A stretch of DNA of 64,000 nucleotides from Anaerohalosphaeraceae bacterium (GCA_963675525.2 CAXXSL010000016.1:544001-608000); one strand, 5' to 3'. Shown: positions 37,048-48,221, counted from the first letter of the stretch. The notes: generated by a model not told the origin, from the letters alone. Translations and numbers: made by a program.

Positions 37048-39051
37048 TTACGACTCTTTTTTCTTCACATCGATATAACGATAGCTTTGTTTGAGCGGGT
37101 CGAACTGCTTTCCGCCGCCGGTCATAAACTTGGTAAAAAATTCCACAAACTGCAGCCGCATACTATGCACAAACGAACCCAGTGCTGAGTTAGCAATGTT
37201 GAAGAGGTGGCCGCCGACAAAGATAATCGCGCCCCCTATCCAGCCGGCAACACCTCCGGCCATCAATGTACGAACGATCTCATTGATCGCCATGCCGAAA
37301 CCGGCGGTGACCATCCCTAACGCCATCAGGCGAATATAACTGAGAACATCGCCGACATAAAACACGGTGCTGAAGACATTGTAAATTCCCATACCGATCC
37401 GGGCACCCCAATTGCCTTCACGTTCACTGAACAAAATGATCATCAATGCCGGTATGATCGCGATCACGCCCGCAACCGTCCCAAGCCATGCCATGTTCTT
37501 TCCAAACATGCCGGCTTTGGCCAGTCCGAAGACCGCCAAGCTGTTAAGCCAGATAAACCAACTGAGGTGGTCGAAAATCGCATCTTTGACATCACCGCGT
37601 CGCAACTTATGCATAAAACCGATAAACACACCTGTAATAATCTGTAAATACCCCAGCCCCAACGAAATATTGAAAAAATACATCGGCTTTTCAAGCGGAT
37701 CGAACCACATCAGACGTAAGCGGATTTTTTCAAAGACCGTATCGGCAACATCCGGCGTACCGCCGTTGAAGAAACCAAACTTCTGAATCATATCGCCGCA
37801 CCAGCCGCCGGTTAATGCCCCGGCAATGACGGTCGTGATCGAACAGAAAATCAACATCATCACGAATTTTTTATCGCCCTTGATCTTCCGCAGCAGCCAC
37901 CACAGAAATGCGATCATGATCAACCCATAAGCCGCATCCGTCAGACAGATACCGAAAAATATGGCAAAAAACGGCGCCAGAAACGCTGTGGGATCGATAT
38001 CGGATGCCGCAGGCATTCCATACAACCGTGTCACCGTTTCAAACGGCTGACTCATCGGGCCGTTGTCGATCTCGACGGGAACCTCTTCATCCTGACCGGC
38101 TTCAATCGGGACGATGTCGCAGGCTTGGAACGTTGCGACGAGTTTTTCGAGTTTATTGTACTCTCTCTTTTTGACCCAGCCTTCGAGGAAAATGGCGTGG
38201 TCGGTCGCCGGAGCGGTTGATTCGGTATGAATCCGGCCGTGCAGATTTTCATGATGGTCGGACAGAATCTGTAATTTCAGCCGGTCTTTCGCCAGTTGGG
38301 CGGCTTTTTCGGCCAATTCGGCTTGTTCTTTTTGAATCTCGTCCTGACGGGAATTAACCCGGGCGATATTATCGCTGACCAGACCACTGATCCCCTCAAA
38401 TGAGGTGGCTTCGAACTCGACGGAGCGCAAGGCTTTTTGTACATCGGACGCCGATTCATCCAGACAAACCCCCAGGCAGGCCTTCATCCGATTCCAGTCG
38501 GTAATAACTTCCAATGCGGCGCCCAGTTCGGCAAGTTTTTGCTGTGCCTCGGCGAAATGCTGGTCGCCGATCAGGCCGACAAAGGTTCTCGAGGTGTATA
38601 AACTATTTAATTCCTCAACCGGAACCGATAATGTTTTCCACGGCATCAGCTTTTCCAAGAGGTTTTTGCTGCTTTCGACTTCGGCAGCCAGTTTTTCCAT
38701 TTGACCGCTGACGGATTCAACCTCATCCAAAAGCCGCAAACTGTCGGGCGCGGCGGTCACGTTCGAATACATCTTATGATCCACTTCAACAAGCGGAGCG
38801 AAGAGGCTTGTTTGACCCTTTGGTGCGTAGGGTTTCAGAAAATCAATCGCTTTGGCAAGCCGATCAATGGATTCTTCCAGTTCTCGATGACGACGGGTTT
38901 CAACCATTAACTCGGGCCATTCGATGGTCACCAACGCACGCTCAGCATCCAGTATCTGTACAATACCGGCATCCTGCAGCGACTGGAGCAAGTCCGATAC
39001 CTGGCTGCGGTGTACCACGATCATCACTTTTTGCATTGAGGCAACTGCCAT
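37048..39051 (-). CDS. atpI: V/A-type ATP synthase subunit I (a)
   Basis: PFETVTRLYGMP...IDPT, DVLSYIRLMALG, FVHSMRLQFVEFFTKF..GGG..F.P; start ATG 39051. Confidence 0.95.
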   Translation of the reverse strand: MAVASMQKVMIVVHRSQVSDLLQSLQDAGIVQILDAERALVTIEWPELMVETRRHRELEESIDRLAKAIDFLKPYAPKGQTSLFAPLVEVDHKMYSNVTAAPDSLRLLDEVESVSGQMEKLAAEVESSKNLLEKLMPWKTLSVPVEELNSLYTSRTFVGLIGDQHFAEAQQKLAELGAALEVITDWNRMKACLGVCLDESASDVQKALRSVEFEATSFEGISGLVSDNIARVNSRQDEIQKEQAELAEKAAQLAKDRLKLQILSDHHENLHGRIHTESTAPATDHAIFLEGWVKKREYNKLEKLVATFQACDIVPIEAGQDEEVPVEIDNGPMSQPFETVTRLYGMPAASDIDPTAFLAPFFAIFFGICLTDAAYGLIMIAFLWWLLRKIKGDKKFVMMLIFCSITTVIAGALTGGWCGDMIQKFGFFNGGTPDVADTVFEKIRLRLMWFDPLEKPMYFFNISLGLGYLQIITGVFIGFMHKLRRGDVKDAIFDHLSWFIWLNSLAVFGLAKAGMFGKNMAWLGTVAGVIAIIPALMIILFSEREGNWGARIGMGIYNVFSTVFYVGDVLSYIRLMALGMVTAGFGMAINEIVRTLMAGGVAGWIGGAIIFVGGHLFNIANSALGSFVHSMRLQFVEFFTKFMTGGGKQFDPLKQSYRYIDVKKKES

Positions 39052-39168
39052 TGGTGCTTCCTGCACTAATTATTTTTGTTTTTTCAGTCCCGGTTAAGGA
39101 CGGTCTCTAAGCGTTTTTGTTTTCTTCATGCGGGAGATTTCTCGGAATTTCCAAACAAGCCGGCTTTA

Positions 39169-39480
39169 TTATAAGGCTTGTTGCAAATGCGAAACAACTT
39201 TGTCTACACAAACCTTAATTTTTGCCGAACAGGCATCTTTCAAAGCGGCGACCTCCTGATCTCCCTGCCCGGACAACTGCTGTACTTGCTCAGTTCCGTT
39301 CTTTTCTGCCTCGGCAAGGGCTTGATCTATGGTCTGCTGGCGGTGCTGTTGAGCCTGTTTGAGCATCTGGGCCCGCTGGGCCTTGGCATCATCCAATAAT
39401 GCTCCCGCGTCCTTTCTGGCTATTTCCACAATTTCCCTGGCTTGTTTTTCAGCGTCTTTAATCTGTTTGATCAATTCCAT
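39169..39480 (-). CDS. V/A-type ATP synthase peripheral stalk subunit G/H
   Basis: MELIKQIKDAEKQAREIVE.A coiled coil; first gene of the operon. Confidence 0.85.
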   Translation of the reverse strand: MELIKQIKDAEKQAREIVEIARKDAGALLDDAKAQRAQMLKQAQQHRQQTIDQALAEAEKNGTEQVQQLSGQGDQEVAALKDACSAKIKVCVDKVVSHLQQAL

Positions 39481-39654
39481 AAAAATCCCACATTAACTTA
39501 TTACATTGTCAAATCAAATTTCCAATTCAAGAATTTTTAGGTCGCTTTATTTTTTGTTCTAAAAAGTGCGTGTAACACAAAAAGCATCCAATGTCCATAA
39601 AAATAACCAAAAAATAACCTTAAAAATACCTAGTAAAACGTTGATTTTTGCACT

Positions 39655-40344
39655 TTAAGCCTGTTTTTCAACTAAGCCTTTTTCTTCCATCGCTTTGACG
39701 ATCATCTCGGCTATGACTTCATTTGAAAACATTGCATTGTCGAAGGCAAGATTAAACGCCGGTTCTCTCGAATTTTGCTGTTCATATATCTTTCGTAAAT
39801 GTTCCCGGCTACTTTCAATTTCCGCTATTTTGGCGATAGCCGCTTGTTTATCGAGGTTGTCTCTCCGGCAAATACGGGCAATGCGCCAATCCCGGGGAGC
39901 TTCCACCCGGACGCTGAGGCCGTTAGCCAGATCTGCGGTGGCCGCTGTTCCGCCCTGCCCAATAATAATGGCATAGCCCTCAAAGGCAACCGTCCGGACC
40001 ATCATGGTAATTTTGTTGCGAATTTCATAGCCGTCGGGAATTCCATTTTTCTTCAATCCACGCAGAAAGTCCTTTAATAGACTGGGCTTAGACTTCCTTT
40101 CCTTTTCCAGCATCTCTTCGGTCAGACCGGTATCCTCGGCCAACTGCTTCAGCAGTTCCTTATAATAAACCTTCCATCGCCCCTCTTCGTCACGCTGATT
40201 GAGTTTGTCAGCCAGAATCTGGCCCAGCCCGTAACCATCACATCCCCATTGTCGTGAAATCGTAATATACGGCCCCGGCTCTTTTTTGGTATCAATATCG
40301 TCGAGATGGTCGCGTAAATAAGATGAAATCGTCGGTTTGCTCAT
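39655..40344 (-). CDS. Cytidylate kinase-like family protein
   Basis: YITISRQWGCDG, AIIIGQG, SVRVEAP..WRI.R; ATG 40344. Confidence 0.8.
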   Translation of the reverse strand: MSKPTISSYLRDHLDDIDTKKEPGPYITISRQWGCDGYGLGQILADKLNQRDEEGRWKVYYKELLKQLAEDTGLTEEMLEKERKSKPSLLKDFLRGLKKNGIPDGYEIRNKITMMVRTVAFEGYAIIIGQGGTAATADLANGLSVRVEAPRDWRIARICRRDNLDKQAAIAKIAEIESSREHLRKIYEQQNSREPAFNLAFDNAMFSNEVIAEMIVKAMEEKGLVEKQA

Positions 40345-40588
40345 CGCTTCATCCTTAAAAATGTGTGCATCATGCATCTAACATAAATGCCCATTGGCAT
40401 ATATCGGATTACAGAGTACAAAACCCGGCAGAATCTGTCAATAAAATGTTGGATAAAATCACCCCGCTTATTTGTCGAGCTAAAGACCATTCTACGATTA
40501 AGTTCACTTCCTGCCAACAAACCTATTTGCCAGAACGGTACTTTTACCTTAGAATGCTGTCAGACGGAATTCGAGTACAGATATATCC

Positions 40589-41653
40589 ATGACAAACGAC
40601 TATAAAAACATATTAATCATCAAGCCATCGTCAATGGGCGACATCGTCCACGCCATGCCTGTCCTGGCGTCACTGCGGGCATCCTTTCCGGATGCCCGGA
40701 TCAGCTGGCTGGTTCGTAAAGAGTTCTCTCCTTTGTTGGAATGTGTTTCAGGGCTGGATGAGATTGTGCTTTTCGACCGAGGACTATTGGGGAAGTGGTA
40801 TTGCAGCCCGGCCGCTTTCAAAGCCTTGCGAAATTTTATGCGGAGGCTTAAAAATAGCCGTTATGATTTAGTACTGGACCTGCAGGGATTGTTCCGAACG
40901 TCCTTTTTTGGCTTGATGACGGGCTGCGCAAAACGAATCGGCATGGCGGACTGCCGGGAGTTTGCCGGCCTGTTTTATGCACACCGGGTTCGCCGACCGG
41001 AAGACTCGATGCATCTTCTGGATTACTACCGTGCCCTGTTGGCAACAGCGGGGATCGATTCCGCTGTGGCCACGGAGTCATTCATGAACGCCCCGGAAGA
41101 AGCCAAGGCGTCTGTCCGTCGGAAACTGGAGCAAGCGGGCATCCCGAATAAAGACCACTTTGTCCTTGTCCCCAGCTCGGCCCATTCCAGCAAATGCTGG
41201 CCGGCGGACCGTTTTGTGAAACTGGCCGAAGCGGTCCATCAAGAGTTTGGGTTCGCTATCGTTGTCATCGGAACAAAAAAGGATCGGTCAGTCATCGATG
41301 CCATTAAGACACATTGTGCGGTTCCCGTTATTGATCTTGCGGACAAGACGACCATCTTTGAATTGATCGCTCTGCTGCAAACCGCCAAGGGCGTTGTCTC
41401 CAATGATACCGGGCCGGGGCATATTGCCGCGGCAATGCACGTTCCAACCGTTTTGATCTTCGGTCATACCAACCCGATGCGCGTAGGTCCCTACCGGCGC
41501 CCGGAATGCGTCGCTGCAGTCGAACCGGACAAGCGGCCCGCAACCATTGAAAGTTCCGACCCTAGACACCTCATCGAAAACGTCCCGCTGGAGCTTGTAT
41601 TGAATAAAATAAATGCTCAATTGAAATTACCATCGTTAAACAACAGCAAGTGA
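40589..41653 (+). CDS. GT9 lipopolysaccharide heptosyltransferase (WaaC/WaaF family)
   Basis: ILIIKPSSMGDIVH, YDLVLDLQGLFR, K.WP, VSNDTGPGHIAAA. Confidence 0.92.
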   Translation: MTNDYKNILIIKPSSMGDIVHAMPVLASLRASFPDARISWLVRKEFSPLLECVSGLDEIVLFDRGLLGKWYCSPAAFKALRNFMRRLKNSRYDLVLDLQGLFRTSFFGLMTGCAKRIGMADCREFAGLFYAHRVRRPEDSMHLLDYYRALLATAGIDSAVATESFMNAPEEAKASVRRKLEQAGIPNKDHFVLVPSSAHSSKCWPADRFVKLAEAVHQEFGFAIVVIGTKKDRSVIDAIKTHCAVPVIDLADKTTIFELIALLQTAKGVVSNDTGPGHIAAAMHVPTVLIFGHTNPMRVGPYRRPECVAAVEPDKRPATIESSDPRHLIENVPLELVLNKINAQLKLPSLNNSK

Positions 41654-41657
41654 TCGA

Positions 41658-42218
41658 ATGATGACGACACGACTTCAACTGCTTATTCGATTTCGGCCCG
41701 TGCTGCGGTTTATTAAAACCCGTATCCTGCACACCGACGATTCCCCGGATCGCATCGCCCGGGGCATTGCGGTCGGATTGTTTACAGCGTACCTGCCGCT
41801 GTTCGGATTACACATTTTCCTGGCGCTGTTTTTTGCCGCAATCCTGCGTGCCAATAAAATAATGGCAATCTTATTCGTCTGGGTCAGCAATCCTTTGACG
41901 GCCGCCTTCATCTATTACCCTTGTTATAAAGTCGGACGGCTTTTTCTGGGCTTTTTTAAATACGAACACGAGATCAGCCCTGACCAGTTGACCGCAATGC
42001 TGAACATTTTTTCGATCCATGTCATTGTCACACAATTTTTCACGGCCGAGTATTGGAGACAAGTCGCCTCCGTCTTTGCGGTGATCGGACTGGAAACGTT
42101 CGTGGGAGGGGTACTGATCGGCCTTGTGGTCGCAAAAATCAGCTATTGGACAGCGTTAACCGTGATTAATCGCTATCGAAAGCGAAAGTCGAACAGGCGC
42201 TGCCAATTGGAAGGTTAA
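41658..42218 (+). CDS. DUF2062 membrane protein
   Basis: DSPDRIARGIAVGLF...P..G.H, RAN...WVSNPLT. Confidence 0.88.
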   Translation: MMTTRLQLLIRFRPVLRFIKTRILHTDDSPDRIARGIAVGLFTAYLPLFGLHIFLALFFAAILRANKIMAILFVWVSNPLTAAFIYYPCYKVGRLFLGFFKYEHEISPDQLTAMLNIFSIHVIVTQFFTAEYWRQVASVFAVIGLETFVGGVLIGLVVAKISYWTALTVINRYRKRKSNRRCQLEG

Positions 42219-42230
42219 TCGGTTTCCGTC

Positions 42231-42258
42231 TTGACTGTGCCGGCAAAGATTTTATGAT
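42231..42258 (+). promoter_or_regulatory. Sigma-70-like promoter
   Basis: TTGACT-N16-TATGAT upstream of 42304. Confidence 0.45.
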
Positions 42259-42303
42259 AACAATGAGAACAATAGAAAAGAGTTTGATTCAAGACAGGGC
42301 AAA

Positions 42304-44031
42304 ATGACAATTCAAAAGATGGAAAAATACAGTTCGGCGATTACGCTTTCGGATATGGAAATCTTTGTTTATCCGGAGTTGATGTACAGCATTGTTCTGG
42401 CCAATATCATGAGTCCGGTTCTATGGCGCTGGCGCGAAGAAGAAACATTTAAAAAACTTGAGGGGAAAAACCCTTATCGGCAACTGATGCGCATGCGCCA
42501 GTACATTATGGACGAATATGAATTTAACCTTGACCTGAATACATGGGGGTTGACGCACAAAGACACCGAGCTGAATCGATTTAAAAATGACATCTCGCCG
42601 GAGGATATCGCCCGCAGCAATGCCCTGTTCGGCTATACCGGCGACCAATACTATTTCGATGTGGATATCCGCCGGCATTTCGGACTGGACCAGTACCACG
42701 GCGATATTATCCCCTACTGGAAAACTGAAACCATTGAGGCAATGAATGCTTTCCGCCTCAAAGACGGCTACCAAACGGGCGCGGGCGAATGTGTTTCCCT
42801 GTCTACATTGTATGCGGCGGCGGCGTTTGTCGTCTGCGGCATCCCGCTGGATGACATTTATATGATCCTGACGCCGCTGCATTCGCAGAACTTCATCGAC
42901 ATGAACGACGGCATCATTACCAACAACCGCCGCCTGGTGACAAAATCCATGTGGTTTAACGGCACGGAGATTTCCAACAAGTCACAACGGGCCATTCGTA
43001 ATGAACAGGTGACGATTGTTGCTCACAACTCCGGCTACATCCACTGTTTTTATGACACCGCCACGATTGACCCGAAACGCTATCAGAAATTTACGGGACT
43101 CTTGCAGGGATACCTGGATACAGACTTAACCGCCTTGAATTTTGCCAACTTTCTTCGCTCATTCGGAATATATCAAAAGTATTTCCAATTCTGCCGGCGG
43201 CGGCGCGGACAGCGCATGTTCGTCAAAGCCGAAATGTTGTTCGGCTATGAACACGGCAGCCGGTTTCGGATATACGACGAGACATTTGAAAAATTGCTGG
43301 ATGATGTGTCCGAAGAGGATTATTGCATCTACATGCTCCCGGAGCGGCTTTGCTGCGAACAATTGATGGCGTTCGTGGAATATGAGAAGATCGATATTCG
43401 CAAACCCGCGGATCGAAAAAAACTGGCGGTATTTATTTCACCGTTCGCTAAAGACGCCGCTGAGCAGTGCATCGAAGACCTGGCGGACTTCCTGCACATT
43501 AATCCACGTTTGCCGGAATCCGACAAACAACACCGGAGTGTCGAACCCATTCGCATCGACCCGGCGTGGGGCCGTGAAGAAATAATAAACTATCTTGAAA
43601 GTATTCGTGACAAAAACACCACGGTCGACCTGGCGTTTTACGCATATCGCGACATGACCCGCTGCGATTGGCGGCCGTTTATCAAAGCAGCGATGGAGCG
43701 AAATCCCGTCTCGGTCGAAGCCCACGCTGAGGACAGCATCGAGCAGGTGTACAGCCAATTGGCTTCGCTGCCGAATGAATCGATCTACGAAGGCCCGCGA
43801 CTAGCACAACCGGACGAGGTGGCTAATTACAGAACCGGCGACGGGATCGAAAAGGCGCTCACCTTAGCCAACATCATTCGCCATCGCCGGCCACAATCAG
43901 ACATCGAAATCATCGCCGACAAGAACAGCGTTACCATCAAGGCCGACAAACAATATACCTTTAACTCCTCCAAGGACTTGTCCAAACATATACGCATCAC
44001 CACCGGCGGTTATGAGATTAGCGGAGAATAA
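42304..44031 (+). CDS. Hypothetical protein, possible transglutaminase-like fold
   Basis: 575-aa ORF with strong coding bias; GECVSLS..Y and PLHSQNF motifs. Confidence 0.75.
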   Translation: MTIQKMEKYSSAITLSDMEIFVYPELMYSIVLANIMSPVLWRWREEETFKKLEGKNPYRQLMRMRQYIMDEYEFNLDLNTWGLTHKDTELNRFKNDISPEDIARSNALFGYTGDQYYFDVDIRRHFGLDQYHGDIIPYWKTETIEAMNAFRLKDGYQTGAGECVSLSTLYAAAAFVVCGIPLDDIYMILTPLHSQNFIDMNDGIITNNRRLVTKSMWFNGTEISNKSQRAIRNEQVTIVAHNSGYIHCFYDTATIDPKRYQKFTGLLQGYLDTDLTALNFANFLRSFGIYQKYFQFCRRRRGQRMFVKAEMLFGYEHGSRFRIYDETFEKLLDDVSEEDYCIYMLPERLCCEQLMAFVEYEKIDIRKPADRKKLAVFISPFAKDAAEQCIEDLADFLHINPRLPESDKQHRSVEPIRIDPAWGREEIINYLESIRDKNTTVDLAFYAYRDMTRCDWRPFIKAAMERNPVSVEAHAEDSIEQVYSQLASLPNESIYEGPRLAQPDEVANYRTGDGIEKALTLANIIRHRRPQSDIEIIADKNSVTIKADKQYTFNSSKDLSKHIRITTGGYEISGE

Positions 44032-44102
44032 GAAACGATGACCCTGAACAGGTAACAGAAATTGTCGCTGCGATGATTTCAGGAATGATTTAAGGAGTGT
44101 TT

Positions 44103-46877
44103 ATGAACAAAATCCAAATGAAAAACAAGGCCTCTCGCCGATTTACGGCCTGTCTGGTTGCCGCAGTCGCGGTGCTGTCCTGTGTTCCGGCCGCTTTAGC
44201 CGTCAACCTGACAAACTTGCGTTGCGAATACCTCGCTGATCCCCTCGGCATCGATGTCATCTGCCCGCGATTGAGCTGGTGGATCGAATCAGTCCACCGC
44301 GGTGAGTGCCAGACGGCCTATCAGGTGCTGGTCGCTTCGACCCCAAAGCTGCTCGCTGCAGAGCGGGGAGACCTGTGGGATAGCGGCAAGGTTGTCTCGG
44401 ACCAAAGTATTCAGGTGGAATATGCAGGTAAGCCCCTGCAGTCGCGGAGCGAGTACCATTGGAAGGTCCGGGCGTGGGATCGCGGCGGCAAACCATCGGC
44501 GTGGAGCGAGCCTGCGATGTGGACGATGGGACTGCTGACGCCCGAGGACTGGAACGCTCAATGGATCGGTGCGGCGTTTAAGGCCGACGCGATCGACTTG
44601 AAGCCGTCTGCCACAATTCAACTCCGCAAGGAGTTCGAGCTGAACAAAAAGATCAAGCGTGCGGCCGTGTACATCTGCGGGCTGGGCTTCTACGAACTGA
44701 GCCTGAACGGTCAGAAGGTCGGTGATCGTGTGCTGGACCCCGGTTGGACGAACTATCGGAAAACCTGCCTCTACACAGCCTACGATATTACCCCTCAGTT
44801 GAGACAGGGACGCAATGCCCTCGGCGTGATGCTGGGCAATGGCATGTACAATGTGCCGGGCGGCCGCTATGTGAAGTTCAAGGGATCTTTCGGCTTGCCC
44901 AAGGTCATTGTTCATCTCTATGTTGAGTATGACGATGGAACATCCGCGGTAGTGGTCAGTGATGAGTCCTGGACATGGACTCCCAGTCCGGTGATTTTCT
45001 CCTGCATCTATGGAGGTGAGGACTACGATGCGCGCAAGGAAATGCCGGGGTGGGACAACGCCGATTTTGATGCTGTTTCGTTTCAGCCGGTAGCCGTGGT
45101 GAATGGACCGGGTGGACGGCTCTCGTCGCAGGCGGCGCCGCCGATTAAGGTGATGACCGAGTACAAGCCCATCAAGGTTACGCAGCCCAAACCCGGTGTG
45201 TGGGTCTATGATTTCGGGCAGAACTGCGCCTCCATGCCGAAGCTGACCGTGAAGGGACCGGCAGGCGCCGGCGTGCGGTTGACACCTGGCGAACTACTGC
45301 ACGACAACGGCTTGGTTTCGCAGGCCAATTGCGGCGGACCGGCGTATTACACCTATACGCTGAAAGGAGAGGGGGCGGAGACATGGATGCCGCGATTCTT
45401 TTATTATGGCTCACGATACCTGCAGGTTGATACCTTCGATCACGACAACAGCGCTGCACCGCAGATCGTAGAGCTGACCTCGCAGTTTGTGCATTCATCG
45501 GCTCAGACGGTCGGGACGTTTACCTGCAAAAATCCATTGGTGAATCGGATTCACGATCTGATCAATGCCGCGATCAAAAGCAACTTGCAAAGTGTGCTGA
45601 CAGATTGTCCGCACCGTGAGAAACTCGGCTGGTTGGAGTGTACACACCTGATGGCCGGCAGCATTATGTACAACTACGATCTTCCGACGTTTTACGCAAA
45701 GATTACCAACGATATGAGCGATGCGCAGCTTGCCAATGGCCTTGTGCCGGAAATCGCTCCGGAGTACACCGTCTTTGGCGGCAACTTCCGCGACTCGCCT
45801 GAATGGGGCAGCGGTTATGTCATCGCGCCATGGCAGGTTTACCAGATGTACGGCGACCGCACCCTGCTGGTAAAGCACTACGAGGGGATGAAGCGGTATG
45901 TCGAATACCTCAAAAGCACCGCCAAAGACAATATCGTAACACATGGCCTCGGCGATTGGTATGATGTCGGTCCGGACAGGCCCGGCGAGTCAAAGCTCAC
46001 GTCGAAAGGCGTGACGGCTACGGCCGTTTACTATCAGGACCTGATCGTTCTGAAAAAAACAGCGGCGCTGCTGGGCAAGCCCGATGAAGCGCATCTGTTC
46101 GAGGAAGAGGCGTCTGCGGTGAAGGAGGCCTTCAATCGGACATTCTTCAACGCCGACAAGAACCAGTACGACCGCAACAGCCAGACTGCCAACGCCATGC
46201 CGCTGGTGCTTGGGCTGGTGCCGGAAGACCGGCGTGCCGCGGTGCTGGATGGATTGGCGGCGCAGATCCGTGCCGGAGGCAACCGCGTGACGGCAGGAGA
46301 CGTGGGCTTTCACTACCTTGTGCGGGCGTTGTCGGATGAGGGATACGGCGACCTTCTGTACGATATATTAATCCGCGACGACGGTCCGGGGTATGCCTAC
46401 CAGCTCAAGATGGGGGCGACTACACTAACGGAAGCGTGGGACACGAATCCACGTAACTCGCAGAATCACTGCATGCTGGGGCACATCGAAGAGTGGTTCT
46501 ACCGCGGCCTCGGCGGCATCTCGTGTGATCCTTCTGGCCCGGGTTTCAAGAAAATCATCCTGAAGCCGCAGATCGTCGGGGATTTGAGCGGAGCGAATGC
46601 AGCATACGATTCGCTGTACGGTCGTATCGTCAGCCAGTGGGAGCGGGAAGGCGACAAATTGACGATGAATATCACGATTCCCGCCAATACCACGGCGACC
46701 GTGTATGTTCCGGCCGGAGATGCCGCCGGAGTAACCGAATCCGGTATGGCCGTCAAACAAGCCGATGGTGTGACGTTCCTGCGTATGGAAAACAGCGCCG
46801 CCGTCTATACCGTGGTTTCCGGAACCTACCGGTTCCAATCCACACTTCCTGAATCACTGATGGGAGTCCGAAATTGA
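44103..46877 (+). CDS. GH78 alpha-L-rhamnosidase, exported
   Basis: Signal peptide; LRCEY...P.GID...PRLSW, GLGFYEL.LNG, YDFGQN, TDCPHREKLGW, GATTLTEAW, SQNHCMLG; start 44097-44118. Confidence 0.93.
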   Translation: MNKIQMKNKASRRFTACLVAAVAVLSCVPAALAVNLTNLRCEYLADPLGIDVICPRLSWWIESVHRGECQTAYQVLVASTPKLLAAERGDLWDSGKVVSDQSIQVEYAGKPLQSRSEYHWKVRAWDRGGKPSAWSEPAMWTMGLLTPEDWNAQWIGAAFKADAIDLKPSATIQLRKEFELNKKIKRAAVYICGLGFYELSLNGQKVGDRVLDPGWTNYRKTCLYTAYDITPQLRQGRNALGVMLGNGMYNVPGGRYVKFKGSFGLPKVIVHLYVEYDDGTSAVVVSDESWTWTPSPVIFSCIYGGEDYDARKEMPGWDNADFDAVSFQPVAVVNGPGGRLSSQAAPPIKVMTEYKPIKVTQPKPGVWVYDFGQNCASMPKLTVKGPAGAGVRLTPGELLHDNGLVSQANCGGPAYYTYTLKGEGAETWMPRFFYYGSRYLQVDTFDHDNSAAPQIVELTSQFVHSSAQTVGTFTCKNPLVNRIHDLINAAIKSNLQSVLTDCPHREKLGWLECTHLMAGSIMYNYDLPTFYAKITNDMSDAQLANGLVPEIAPEYTVFGGNFRDSPEWGSGYVIAPWQVYQMYGDRTLLVKHYEGMKRYVEYLKSTAKDNIVTHGLGDWYDVGPDRPGESKLTSKGVTATAVYYQDLIVLKKTAALLGKPDEAHLFEEEASAVKEAFNRTFFNADKNQYDRNSQTANAMPLVLGLVPEDRRAAVLDGLAAQIRAGGNRVTAGDVGFHYLVRALSDEGYGDLLYDILIRDDGPGYAYQLKMGATTLTEAWDTNPRNSQNHCMLGHIEEWFYRGLGGISCDPSGPGFKKIILKPQIVGDLSGANAAYDSLYGRIVSQWEREGDKLTMNITIPANTTATVYVPAGDAAGVTESGMAVKQADGVTFLRMENSAAVYTVVSGTYRFQSTLPESLMGVRN

Positions 46878-46969
46878 AATCCTCGCCGACAAAGAACTTA
46901 TCTTTCGCTCGTGCAAAGATTAATCCGGCAGATTTACATCCAACAGGACCGCTGCGAGGTTGACAGCAT

Positions 46970-47890
46970 ATGACAAATGACAAACATCGAATCGACATCA
47001 TTGCCAGTCTGTGCTGCCTGGGTTTCATCGCCTGCTGGACGATCGGCTCCCTGCAGATCGAATACCTGACAAGCAAAATCGACGTCTGGACACAGAACTT
47101 TGCGCGGTATTCGGTGGCGTGCCTTTTCTGGATGCCGTTTTTGGTTCATCACATTCGCCAAAAGCGTCTGTCCGTCAAGCTATGGGTCGCGGCAATACCG
47201 GTATTCTGCGCCAATATGGTCATGCAGACCTGCTGGGGCGGGTCGTTTTACTATGCCGACCCCGGATTTATTACGTTATTGAATAAAACTTCTATCATTT
47301 GGGTGGCCGGTTTTTCGCTCATTTTTTTCATCGATGAACGGCATCTCTTGAAAAGTGTCTATTTCTGGATCGGGCTGTGTTGCTCACTGACGGGCGTGGT
47401 CGGCGTCATTGTCTTTCAGCATGAGCTGTCATTTCGAACATCCTTCTGGGGCGCCTTTCTGCCCATCGCCAGCTCCATTTCATGGGCTGTTTATACCCTT
47501 ACGGCCAAGGTAATGTTTAAACACACCGATTCACGCATCAGTTTTTCGGTCATTACCATTTATATGGCCGCCGGACTTGGCACGCTGGCATTCTTGTTCG
47601 GCGAACCGGGGCAATTGCTGGACATGAATGCCAAAGACTGGTTCAACCTGGTGACTTCGGGCATTGGCTCAATCGCGCTGGCGCATGTGTTTTATTACAT
47701 CGCCATCCAGCGTATCGGGGCAACGATTCCGGCGATGACGCTACTGGCAACGCCGTTTTGTACTATTATCGCCTCACGAATCATCTACGGCGAAACACTG
47801 ACACGGGGCCAATTAGCCTTCGGCTCAATTCTAATCATCGGTGCCGCCGCCGCCATCCTCGCCCAGCGCGACCTGCAAAAAAACCAATAA
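46970..47890 (+). CDS. DMT/EamA-family transporter
   Basis: About 10 TM helices in two EamA repeats (SWAVYT, YYIAIQRIGA, P...II...I.GE.L). Confidence 0.88.
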   Translation: MTNDKHRIDIIASLCCLGFIACWTIGSLQIEYLTSKIDVWTQNFARYSVACLFWMPFLVHHIRQKRLSVKLWVAAIPVFCANMVMQTCWGGSFYYADPGFITLLNKTSIIWVAGFSLIFFIDERHLLKSVYFWIGLCCSLTGVVGVIVFQHELSFRTSFWGAFLPIASSISWAVYTLTAKVMFKHTDSRISFSVITIYMAAGLGTLAFLFGEPGQLLDMNAKDWFNLVTSGIGSIALAHVFYYIAIQRIGATIPAMTLLATPFCTIIASRIIYGETLTRGQLAFGSILIIGAAAAILAQRDLQKNQ

Positions 47891-47969
47891 CCACCAGAGA
47901 TATGGAAGATTTTTCTAGGGTGGACCATGCCCACGCGGTTGTCCATTATAGTGGCACTCTCATCACAAT

Positions 47970-48221
47970 CTATAGAGTCAAGTTTTGTATCGCCTGCACC
48001 GCATCTCGCACTGTTGTGATCATATCGGCTTTTTCGTCCGGCACTGCAATATCGAATTCTTCTTCGACATTCATCATGAACTCCACCTTATCCAAGCTGT
48101 CGAATCCAAAATCGGCGACGAATTGAGAATCGAGCGATATTTGTTCTTTTGGTATATCATGATGGGTGCTGATAAGTTCAATGACCCGTTGACTCAGTGT
48201 TTCGATGGTTTGCGTTGACAT
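47970..48221 (-). CDS. Acyl carrier protein (second/orphan copy)
   Basis: DFGFDSLDKVEFMM.VEEEFDIAVPDE.A..I.TV.DA with the phosphopantetheine Ser; ATG 48221 after CAGGAG. Confidence 0.92.
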   Translation of the reverse strand: MSTQTIETLSQRVIELISTHHDIPKEQISLDSQFVADFGFDSLDKVEFMMNVEEEFDIAVPDEKADMITTVRDAVQAIQNLTL

